Shown: one piece after another, positions 19,357 to 27,231 of the stretch
How the letters are laid out: every line of letters starts with the position of its first letter
How positions within the stretch are numbered: the stretch's first letter is position 1
Assembly: GCA_049718765.1 (NCBI GenBank)
Contig: JBNARI010000004.1
Location: 19,967 to 83,966, forward strand
DNA from: Bacillota bacterium
Lineage (GTDB): Bacteria; Bacillota; Sulfobacillia; DUMF01
DNA length: 64,000 nt
Reading direction: 5' to 3'
Position numbers and translations under genes: made by a program
The notes under the pieces: generated by a model
The model's input: only the letters and a program-made list of their open reading frames with translations
What the model was told of the DNA's origin: nothing
The model's database searches: none

Positions 19357-20018
19357 GTGACTTTCACTCCTTTCACCGTTTCCCAGCAACGCAGCAACTC
19401 TCTTACTGCCTCAGCCACATCTGGCTTAGACACTACTGCGCTTACAACAGCCACTCCATCTGCCCCCGCTTGTGCCACTTGGGGGAGGTTGGCCGTGTTG
19501 ATCCCTCCTATGGCCACGATTGGCAAAGAGGTAACCTCTCTAATTCGGGCAACTATGTCGGGACCGTAAACAGGGCCAGCGTCGGGCTTGGTTGATGTGG
19601 GGAACACAGGGCCCACTCCAAGGTAGTCGGCACCGTAAGCCTCTGCCAACATTGCTTCTTCTGGAGTTTCAACGGAGATGCCAATTACTTTGCTCTCACC
19701 AAGGATCTTCCTGGCGGCTTCAAGGGGTAAATCATCTTGGCCCAGGTGCACTCCATCGGCTCCTACTGCCATTGCAACATCGACTCTGTCGTTCACAATG
19801 AAGAGTGTGCCTGTGGCGGCAGTGATCTCGCGGATTGCCTTGGCAGCCTGGACCAGTTTTCGAGTGCTAGCGTTCTTGTCCCGGAGTTGGACTGCCTTGC
19901 AGCCGCCCTGTATGGCTAGGGCAACCACTTCTTCGTGGCTTCTGCCCAGGGACAGCTGGGGGTCCGTGATAACATACACTTTGAGTATCTCCCTAAGCTC
20001 TTCCCTTTGGCGCTCCAC
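19353..20018 (-). CDS. thiE: Thiamine-phosphate synthase
   Basis: VQLRDK, NDRVDVA, GVHLGQDD, GPVFPTSTK, AIGGI. Confidence 0.97.
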   Translation of the reverse strand: MERQREELREILKVYVITDPQLSLGRSHEEVVALAIQGGCKAVQLRDKNASTRKLVQAAKAIREITAATGTLFIVNDRVDVAMAVGADGVHLGQDDLPLEAARKILGESKVIGISVETPEEAMLAEAYGADYLGVGPVFPTSTKPDAGPVYGPDIVARIREVTSLPIVAIGGINTANLPQVAQAGADGVAVVSAVVSKPDVAEAVRELLRCWETVKGVKVT

Positions 20019-20057
20019 TTGGCATCCGCCTCCCGTTGTGCCGTTCAGGGGCAGCCC

Positions 20058-20104
20058 AATAAACCGAAGGCCGCTTCCGAAATCCTGGAAAGAAGCGGCC
20101 TTTT
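20058..20104 (-). terminator. Terminator of TPP riboswitch expression platform
   Basis: AAGGCCGCTTC...GAAGCGGCCTT stem between aptamer and thiE. Confidence 0.7.
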
Positions 20105-20111
20105 TTGTCAG

Positions 20112-20208
20112 CCGCCACTTTCCTACGCTGGTATTACCCAGATCAGGTTCAAGGGTCAGGGAATTACTTACTTCCCTTTCTCAGCCTCGAGGGCTCCCCC
20201 AGTGGCGA
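20112..20208 (-). ncRNA. TPP riboswitch
   Basis: Minus strand GGGGAGCC...GGCTGAGA...GACCCTTGAACCTGATCTGGGTAATACCAGCGTAGGAA. Confidence 0.97.
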
Positions 20209-20340
20209 CGTCAAGTTTTGGTTTTTTCAAGAAGATTATAATGCATCGACATTACAATGGTAAACTAAGGACCATGAAGGATGTTTTCCATACAACGTTG
20301 AATATTGATTTGGGTAATTGGGGATAGGGGTGATTTCATC

Positions 20341-21291
20341 GTGGCAAGGGTAGTTGTGGCTTTGGGGGGTAACGCAATCTTGCAGCCGAGACAAAGGGGT
20401 ACATACGAGGAGCAATTGGAAAACGTGCGGCTGACTTGTACCCAAATAGCATCGATGATCCAGCTTGGACATGAAGTGGTTATTACCCACGGCAATGGTC
20501 CACAGGTCGGTAACATCCTCATTCAGAACGAAGAAGCCGCTGCTATTGTTCCCCCTATGCCCCTCGACGTGTGTGGCGCCCAAAGCCAGGGATTGATCGG
20601 TTACATGATACAGCAGTGTCTCAAGTCTGAGCTGCAAAGCCGGGGTATTTCCAAGGAAGTGATCACCATAATCACTCAAGTGCTGGTGGACCCCTTCGAT
20701 GTGGCGTTTACCAACCCAACCAAGCCAATTGGACCGTTCTTCACAGAAGAACGCGCACGGCGTCTTGTAGCGGAGAAGGGATTTACCATGAAGGAAGACT
20801 CGGGAAGGGGCTGGCGAAGAGTGGTGCCCTCTCCGGATCCCAAACAGATACTGGAGAGAGATGTAATCCGTTGGGTGCTCAGCCAGGGCACTGTGGTAAT
20901 TGCTGCTGGTGGCGGCGGAATACCCGTTGTGCGTGAGGGTGAGCGGATCAGGGGGATTGAGGCAGTCATAGACAAAGACCTTGCTGGGGAGCGTCTTGCT
21001 GAAGACGTGGGGGCGGACACATTCATGATACTCACCGACGTACCAAACGTGTTCCTTGACTGGGGCAAACCAAGCCAGCGGCCTTTGCGGGAAGTGGACG
21101 TAGTGACCGCCAGGCAATACCAGAGGCAAGGGCATTTCAAGGCAGGGAGCATGGGACCCAAGGTGGAGGCAGCGTGCCGCTTTGTGGAGAACACTGGGGG
21201 TGTAGCGGTGATTGCTGGACTTCATCAGGCGATTGCAGCTATGGACGGTCAGCAAGGAACCCGGATAACCAGGGCGGGCAGTGTGGTCTAG
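20341..21291 (+). CDS. arcC: Carbamate kinase
   Basis: VALGGNA, THGNGPQVG, PTKPIGPF, RRVVPSP, EAVIDKD, GSMGPKV. Confidence 0.95.
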   Translation: MARVVVALGGNAILQPRQRGTYEEQLENVRLTCTQIASMIQLGHEVVITHGNGPQVGNILIQNEEAAAIVPPMPLDVCGAQSQGLIGYMIQQCLKSELQSRGISKEVITIITQVLVDPFDVAFTNPTKPIGPFFTEERARRLVAEKGFTMKEDSGRGWRRVVPSPDPKQILERDVIRWVLSQGTVVIAAGGGGIPVVREGERIRGIEAVIDKDLAGERLAEDVGADTFMILTDVPNVFLDWGKPSQRPLREVDVVTARQYQRQGHFKAGSMGPKVEAACRFVENTGGVAVIAGLHQAIAAMDGQQGTRITRAGSVV

Positions 21292-21338
21292 GTCAAAACC
21301 GTGGTTGGAGCGGGTGGTTTAGGTGCCGAAAGATAGGC

Positions 21339-21367
21339 TTGCAGTAAGGCACGCCATAGGATATAAA
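21339..21367 (+). promoter_or_regulatory. Putative sigma-A promoter of NCS2 permease
   Basis: TTGCAG-17 nt-TATAAA. Confidence 0.55.
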
Positions 21368-21427
21368 AGTTACGGCCACTCGCTCGGAGCGGGTGGCACT
21401 TAGCGTGGTTACAGGGGGGATGGGAGA

Positions 21428-22807
21428 GTGAGTAGCCGGAAGGGCGCCATCGGCGAGGCCCTGGTGTATGGTCTTGAGGATGTTCCAAGGCCGTTTCCAA
21501 GGGCAGTGGTATTTGGGCTTCAGCACGTACTCACAATGTTTGGAGCCACCGTGGCAGTACCTTTGCTAATGGCGCCAGCTATGAAGATGAGTGCGGCCGA
21601 GACTGCAACGCTCGTGAGCGCATGCATGCTGGCCGCGGGTTTGTCCACACTGTGCCAGGTGAACTTCGGCAGCAGGCTACCTATTATCCAGGGCACGTCC
21701 TTCTCGTTCATTGGACCCATGTTGGCCATCATTGCGGCTACTGGTGCCACCGCGGCTTCAATGCAGAGCATTCAGGGGGCAATACTGGCAGGGTCAGTTG
21801 TAGAGTTTGTGGTAGGGGCCACTGGTCTCATTGGCATGCTGCGCAGGGTGGTCACTCCAGTCGTGATAGGGCCAGTGATTGCCCTCATAGGGCTAGGACT
21901 ATTCGAGGTTGGCGCTCCCCAAGCGGGGCAGAACTGGCTTCTGTCAGGAATGTTCATTGTGTTGACCTTTGCCTTTGCCCTTGGAGGGGACAGGCGAAGG
22001 GTCACAGTGTTCAAACTGCTTCCTGTATTGCTTGCAATGACAATAACCTACTGCATTGCGATGGTGTTGAGCTTAGCAGGCGTGTTCAAGCCGGGGATGC
22101 CAGGGTACGTTGACTTTGGTGCGGTTATTTCGGCACCGTGGTTCAGGTTTAACCTGGTGTTCCCCTGGGGGCCACCCAAATTCAACCTCGCATTCTTCCT
22201 CGCAATACTGGCTGCTTACGTTTCGTCGATGATAGAGTCCTTTGGAGACTATCACTCCATATCCTCGGTGGTAGGTCTAGAGGACCCTTCGGCCCGTACC
22301 ATATCTCGGGGAATTGCCGCAGAGGGAGTGGGCTGTTTCCTGGCAGGACTGGTCGGTGCCTTTGCCAACACCAGCTACACTGAGAACATAGGTCTAGTGG
22401 GGCTGACGCGGGTGGCCAGCAGGTACGTAGTGAACGTGGCGGCAGTTCTCCTCATAGTGCTTGGCGTTGCCTCTAAGTTCGGCGCAATTGTGGCCACCAT
22501 CCCTTCGCCAATAGTAGGCGGGATGTACTGCACCCTTTTCGGACTCATTGCAGCTGTGGGCTTGTCTAACCTGATGAGGGCTGACATGACATCACAGCGG
22601 AACTTGATGATCGTTGGCTTCTCAATGTTTATGGGCTTGAGCTTGCCTGTTTACCTCAAGGCTTCGCCGGTGAGGATAGAGAGCGCACAGTGGGTGGCTG
22701 ATGTCATCAACACAGTTGGGCAAACCAGGATGGCTGTAGCCGCCATCATTGGTATGGTGCTGGACAACCTCATACCTGGTACAGACCAGGAACGGGGCAT
22801 TGCTTGA
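21428..22807 (+). CDS. NCS2/NAT-family nucleobase (xanthine/uracil/urate) permease
   Basis: GLQH in TM1, ESFGD, NAT motif TSYTENIGLVGLTRVASR. Confidence 0.92.
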   Translation: MSSRKGAIGEALVYGLEDVPRPFPRAVVFGLQHVLTMFGATVAVPLLMAPAMKMSAAETATLVSACMLAAGLSTLCQVNFGSRLPIIQGTSFSFIGPMLAIIAATGATAASMQSIQGAILAGSVVEFVVGATGLIGMLRRVVTPVVIGPVIALIGLGLFEVGAPQAGQNWLLSGMFIVLTFAFALGGDRRRVTVFKLLPVLLAMTITYCIAMVLSLAGVFKPGMPGYVDFGAVISAPWFRFNLVFPWGPPKFNLAFFLAILAAYVSSMIESFGDYHSISSVVGLEDPSARTISRGIAAEGVGCFLAGLVGAFANTSYTENIGLVGLTRVASRYVVNVAAVLLIVLGVASKFGAIVATIPSPIVGGMYCTLFGLIAAVGLSNLMRADMTSQRNLMIVGFSMFMGLSLPVYLKASPVRIESAQWVADVINTVGQTRMAVAAIIGMVLDNLIPGTDQERGIA

Positions 22808-22821
22808 CAGAGCAGGTGCAC

Positions 22822-22848
22822 AGAGGGGGCATGATAGGTGCCCCCTCT
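22822..22848. terminator. Bidirectional hairpin
   Basis: AGAGGGGGCA-tgatagg-TGCCCCCTCT between convergent genes. Confidence 0.65.
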
Positions 22849-22850
22849 TG

Positions 22851-23801
22851 TCATGCGCCTTTGGCCTGTAGATACTGGAGAAACCCCTTCACACTGTTGT
22901 CGAAGAAGTAGTCCTCCCGTTTCTTGAGGGCTGGGTCAAGGGCAAAGTACCCAGCCAGCAACGGATCGCGACGCAGCAAGAGCGTTTGAATCTCGGGAGC
23001 GCTGGCCTGGGTGTTCAGGTCAAGCTGCTCCTGAATCACTTCCCGCCACAGCAGCAGCTGTTGTCGGTGCATTGCCATGAGGTGCTCCGGGTGGCGGCTG
23101 AAGCCGCAGTGACCGTAGCAAATCAGGGAAGCTCCCAGTTTCATCAGCTGTTCTAGGGAAGACAGAGTTACCTCGAGAAAAAACCTGGGCGGGGTTGCTG
23201 GCCTCAGGTAGGCGCAACCATCGTCGATGAATATGCCTGCGGCCTCCCCCGCAAACATCACAGCTGAAGCGCCATGCCGGAATATGTAGCTCTGATGGTG
23301 CGGGGCGTGCCCTGGGGTAGGGACCACTGTGAGCGGTGCCGGCAATTCTTCCGCGCGGGCAAGGCTGTGCGGAGGGATTGGGTCTATTTGCCCATAACTA
23401 ATTGCCAAACTTCCAAGGGTCTTAACGCTGCCTTCCCAAAGGCGTGTTGGATCCACGAGATGCTGGTGCCCTTGGTGATGCGCCACCACACGCGCCTCCG
23501 GGTATTGGCGCAACAGAATGGCAGTGCCGCCAGCATGGTCAATATGGACATGGGTAAGAAGCACGTAGTGAACCCTTTCTACCCCCATTTGCGCCAGCGC
23601 CTGGAGGAGTTGGGGGATAGTAACCGCGGGCCCAGGGTCTACCACGAAAACAGGGCCTTTCCTGGGGTGACCTTGGATCAAGACCCAAGGCGTTATGAAC
23701 CCTTGGAAGCCTTCCACTTGGGGGTCCAGTTCAACCTTTACCAGAGTCACGCCGTCTGCTACGGGAATTGAAGAGATGCATGGTTGGCACGAGCTCTTCA
23801 A
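22851..23801 (-). CDS. MBL-fold metallo-hydrolase
   Basis: VDPGP, THVHIDHAGG (HxHxDH), TPGHAPHH, GH. Confidence 0.88.
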   Translation of the reverse strand: MKSSCQPCISSIPVADGVTLVKVELDPQVEGFQGFITPWVLIQGHPRKGPVFVVDPGPAVTIPQLLQALAQMGVERVHYVLLTHVHIDHAGGTAILLRQYPEARVVAHHQGHQHLVDPTRLWEGSVKTLGSLAISYGQIDPIPPHSLARAEELPAPLTVVPTPGHAPHHQSYIFRHGASAVMFAGEAAGIFIDDGCAYLRPATPPRFFLEVTLSSLEQLMKLGASLICYGHCGFSRHPEHLMAMHRQQLLLWREVIQEQLDLNTQASAPEIQTLLLRRDPLLAGYFALDPALKKREDYFFDNSVKGFLQYLQAKGA

Positions 23802-23890
23802 TCATTACACCTCCCCAAGTTAAGTGGTGAACGCCAGGGAGCAGTTCTCCAAACGGTGTGGTTTTTCCTGCTTTGTGAGATAGCGGTGCT

Positions 23891-23943
23891 ACATGCATGT
23901 ATACATAATCACCCCGAAAGGAAAAATGGCTTCAGTGTCGAAA
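23891..23943 (+). promoter_or_regulatory. GntR/FadR-like palindrome plus sigma-H-like promoter of dehydrogenase-TAXI operon
   Basis: ATGTATACAT palindrome (23897-23906); AAAGGAAAA-11 nt-GTCGAAA (23917-23943). Confidence 0.5.
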
Positions 23944-24008
23944 TCTTAGCTCGACAGTGAATTCGCGGAATTAGCTGATGCAGCAGCGAGCCACGGGGAG
24001 GGTGTCAA

Positions 24009-26003
24009 ATGCCAAGAGTGTTTGCAGCAACTAGCCTCAAAAGGATGGTCGTGGACGTGTTGACCAAGCTTGGCGTGGGGTGGGAACACGCGTCCACCGT
24101 GGCGGACGTGTTAGTGTCTGCTGATCTGAGGGGCGTAGACTCCCACGGCGTAGCCAGGTTGCCCATATATTGCAGGAGGATAAAGGCGGGGGCTATCAAC
24201 ACTAAGCCCTCGATCAGAGTAGTAAATGAGACGCCAGCTACGGCTGTCGTCGATGGAGACAACGGTTTTGGGCATGTGGCAGGTAAGTTCGCCATGGACC
24301 TGTGCATACGCAAGGCGAGGGAACATAGCGTTGCAGTAGTTGGGGTACGCAACTCCAACCATTTTGGGATCGGTGCGTATTATGCCATGATGGCTCTCGC
24401 GCATAACATGATAGGCTTTGCGGCCACCAACGCCTCGCCGCTCATGGCGCCGTTTGGAGGCTCAACTGCCATGCTAGGCACAAATCCTTTTTGTCTGGCC
24501 GTACCGGCTGGCAAGGAGCTACCACTGGTGCTGGATATGGCAACGAGCCAAGTTGCCAGGGGCAAGATTGAAATGTGTCTTCGGGAAGGCAAGAAAATCC
24601 CGCTGGATTGGGCCCTTGACCAAAGCGGGAAGCCTACAGACGATCCGGCTGAAGCCCTTAAAGGTACGTTGCTGCCCCTGGGAGGTCATAAAGGGTATGG
24701 CCTTTCCATGGCGGTGGACCTCTTGTGTGGATTGATGGTGGGTGCAGCTTACCTGAACCATGTGGGTTCTCTCTTCGGAAACCTGTCGCGGCCTCAAAAC
24801 GTTGGGCATTTGTTCATGGCTTTGGACGTAAGCAACTTCATGCCTGTCGAGGAGTTTGAGACCAAGATGGACGAGTACCTACGGGCAGTGAAGGCTTCGC
24901 CTAGGGCGCAAGGGGTAACCGAGATATTTGTGCCTGGCGAAATCGAGTTCAGGGCTACCAGAGAACGCCTTGCTCGTGGCATTCCGATAAAGGACGAAGT
25001 GATAGAGGAACTGCAGGAGCTCCTGCATTCAGAAGGGCTTGACATCAACGAGTACTGTGGAAACCCCAAGGCCGGCATGCCAGTAGCGAAGCCCAAGGTG
25101 CTGATCACTGAGCCCATCGACGAAGCGGCAATAGAGGGATTCAAGCAGTATTCGGACGTGACTTGTGCTTTCGATGCAGACCGTCAAGAAGTGATTCGCA
25201 TGCTGAAGGAGTACGACGCCATGGTAGTGAGGGTGAAGTTCAATATAGACCGTGAGATGATCGACTCAGGAAGCAGGCTTAGGGTCATAGCAATGAACGG
25301 CATCGGTCTGAACCACATTGACGTCAACTATGCTACTCTAAAGGGAATTGCAGTGCTAAACGTTCCAGACGCATCCATCGATTCGGTAGCGGAACTTGCC
25401 ATTGGACTGATGATAGCTCTTGCCCGGAAGGTGGTGCCTGCATTCGAATCCGTGCGGCGGGGTGAGTGGAATAAGCACGCATTCGTGGGCACGGAACTTG
25501 CGGGCAAAACCCTTGGCATAATTGCGCTAGGCAAAATTGGTTCGCGAGTGGCGAAGGTTGCTCAAGCCATGGGCATGAATGTTGTGGCTCACGACCCGTA
25601 CGTTTGCGCTGAAGCGGCAGCAAACCTTGGGGTGAAGCTTGCATCCCTGGATGAGCTGCTGTCGGTGGCCGACGTGATCAGCATTCATGCTCCTCTTACG
25701 CCAAGCACGTTCCATCTGATAAACAGGGAAGCGCTCTCCAAGGCCAAAAGGGGCGTACTGATTATCAACACTGGCAGGGGTGCAGTGGTGGACGAGGAGG
25801 CACTTTACGAGGCGCTCAAGGCCGGACACGTTGGGGGATTTGCGGCCGACGTGATGGAGGTTGAACCACCAGGAAAACACAAGCTTTTCGAACTGCCCAA
25901 TGTTGTGGTGACGCCCCACGTGGGTGGATCAACCAGTGAAGCGCAAAGGCGCATTGGGATGCGGTTGGTGGAGGACATCGGGAAAGTCCTTCTGGGAACA
26001 TAA
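24009..26003 (+). CDS. Fusion: Ldh_2-family (ComC/AllD-like) dehydrogenase + D-isomer-specific 2-hydroxyacid dehydrogenase
   Basis: N half: DSHGVARL, DGDNGFG, NSNHFG, GTNP, DMATS, GGHKGYGL, PGE. C half (from aa ~357): VAELA, IIALGKIG, HDPY, HAPLT, NTGRG, DVMEVEP, TPHVGG. No internal stop. Confidence 0.9.
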   Translation: MPRVFAATSLKRMVVDVLTKLGVGWEHASTVADVLVSADLRGVDSHGVARLPIYCRRIKAGAINTKPSIRVVNETPATAVVDGDNGFGHVAGKFAMDLCIRKAREHSVAVVGVRNSNHFGIGAYYAMMALAHNMIGFAATNASPLMAPFGGSTAMLGTNPFCLAVPAGKELPLVLDMATSQVARGKIEMCLREGKKIPLDWALDQSGKPTDDPAEALKGTLLPLGGHKGYGLSMAVDLLCGLMVGAAYLNHVGSLFGNLSRPQNVGHLFMALDVSNFMPVEEFETKMDEYLRAVKASPRAQGVTEIFVPGEIEFRATRERLARGIPIKDEVIEELQELLHSEGLDINEYCGNPKAGMPVAKPKVLITEPIDEAAIEGFKQYSDVTCAFDADRQEVIRMLKEYDAMVVRVKFNIDREMIDSGSRLRVIAMNGIGLNHIDVNYATLKGIAVLNVPDASIDSVAELAIGLMIALARKVVPAFESVRRGEWNKHAFVGTELAGKTLGIIALGKIGSRVAKVAQAMGMNVVAHDPYVCAEAAANLGVKLASLDELLSVADVISIHAPLTPSTFHLINREALSKAKRGVLIINTGRGAVVDEEALYEALKAGHVGGFAADVMEVEPPGKHKLFELPNVVVTPHVGGSTSEAQRRIGMRLVEDIGKVLLGT

Positions 26004-26040
26004 GGTGGTCTCAAAACATTAGACAAGGGAGGTAAAAGCT

Positions 26041-27099
26041 GTGAGGGTCAGTCGGGTGTTGGCGGGATTGATGGTGCTGTGTCTGGCTTTGTTCGTGGTA
26101 GGCTGCAGTGGAGGAGGAACGCAGCAGCAAAAGGCGGCCGAGCAACAGCAAGCCCAGCAGAAGCCAGCGGCGCCCCAGGAAATCAAGCTCAACATTGCTA
26201 CCGCGACCACTGGTGGGGTGTACTATCCCCTTGGGGGAGCTTTCGCGCAAGTGTGGAACAAGTACATCCCGGGAATGAAGGCAACTGCCCAGGCTACTGC
26301 GGGAACCCCACAGAACGTGGAGCTAATGCGTAACAAGCAGGCCGAAATCGCGTTTGGGCAGAACGGGGTGTCATATTACGCCTATAAGGGGATCGAACAG
26401 TTCCAGGGGAAACCGTACACGGACCTGAGGGCGATGACATCCTTGTATTCCAACGTGATGCACATTGTTGCGCGCAAGGCTTCCAAGATCAAGTCCGTAG
26501 CGGACTTTAAAGGCAAGAGGTTTGCGCCTGGAGCGGTGGCAAGCGCAACGGAAATCAACAGCAGGGAGATCCTGAGCATTTATGGGTTGAACTATATGAA
26601 GGATAAGGGAGAAGTGAACGTAAGAGCCGATTTCGTGGATTACAATGCGGCTGCCGACCTCATTAAGAACGGCCAAATTGACGGGTACCTCATTGCTGGT
26701 GGTATACCAACCGCTGCGGTCATGGACACCTTTGCTTCGGCAGACGTTGAACTGATTTCCCTCGAGCCCGAGAAGATCAAGGAACTCACGACCAAGTACC
26801 CATGGTATTTCGAAATAGTGATACCTCCAAATACTTACAAAGGCCAAACCAAGGAAGTCCACACTGTGGCAGTCTCTAACCTGCTGCTTTGCAGAGCTGA
26901 CTTACCTGACGACCTAGTTTATACCCTTGTGAAGACGTTGTATGACCACCACGATGAGCTTGTGGCCGCGCACAAGGCGGCGCAGGAAATGACCATCCAG
27001 AACGCCCTCAACGGAATGACCGTTCCTCTCCATCCAGGAGCTGCCAAGTTCCTCAGGGAGAAGGGCCTCAACGTAGACAAATACCTTCCACCTAAATGA
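26041..27099 (+). CDS. TAXI-family TRAP transporter solute-binding lipoprotein
   Basis: Lipobox VVGC, IATATTGGVYYPLG, TAGTPQN, VPLHPGA. Confidence 0.92.
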   Translation: MRVSRVLAGLMVLCLALFVVGCSGGGTQQQKAAEQQQAQQKPAAPQEIKLNIATATTGGVYYPLGGAFAQVWNKYIPGMKATAQATAGTPQNVELMRNKQAEIAFGQNGVSYYAYKGIEQFQGKPYTDLRAMTSLYSNVMHIVARKASKIKSVADFKGKRFAPGAVASATEINSREILSIYGLNYMKDKGEVNVRADFVDYNAAADLIKNGQIDGYLIAGGIPTAAVMDTFASADVELISLEPEKIKELTTKYPWYFEIVIPPNTYKGQTKEVHTVAVSNLLLCRADLPDDLVYTLVKTLYDHHDELVAAHKAAQEMTIQNALNGMTVPLHPGAAKFLREKGLNVDKYLPPK

Positions 27100-27117
27100 A
27101 CTAGTTGTGAAAACCAC

Positions 27118-27150
27118 TGGAGTTGCCCGGCCTGTTACCGGGCAACTCCA
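27118..27150 (+). other. Intercistronic stem-loop after SBP gene (likely mRNA stabiliser)
   Basis: TGGAGTTGCCCGG-cctgtta-CCGGGCAACTCCA, no U-tract. Confidence 0.6.
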
Positions 27151-27231
27151 AGAGGATTGGCAGTATTGGGTTTGACAGCGCGCCGCTAGTGGCGTTGTGA
27201 CTGTCGCCATCCTGGGTGGGTCAGGAAGGAG

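Noticed and set aside
20236-21255. Long antisense ORFs (339 aa here; also 56199-57356, 57630-58502, 39478-40293)
   Set aside because: Shadow frames opposite well-conserved genes in GC-rich DNA, with no motifs
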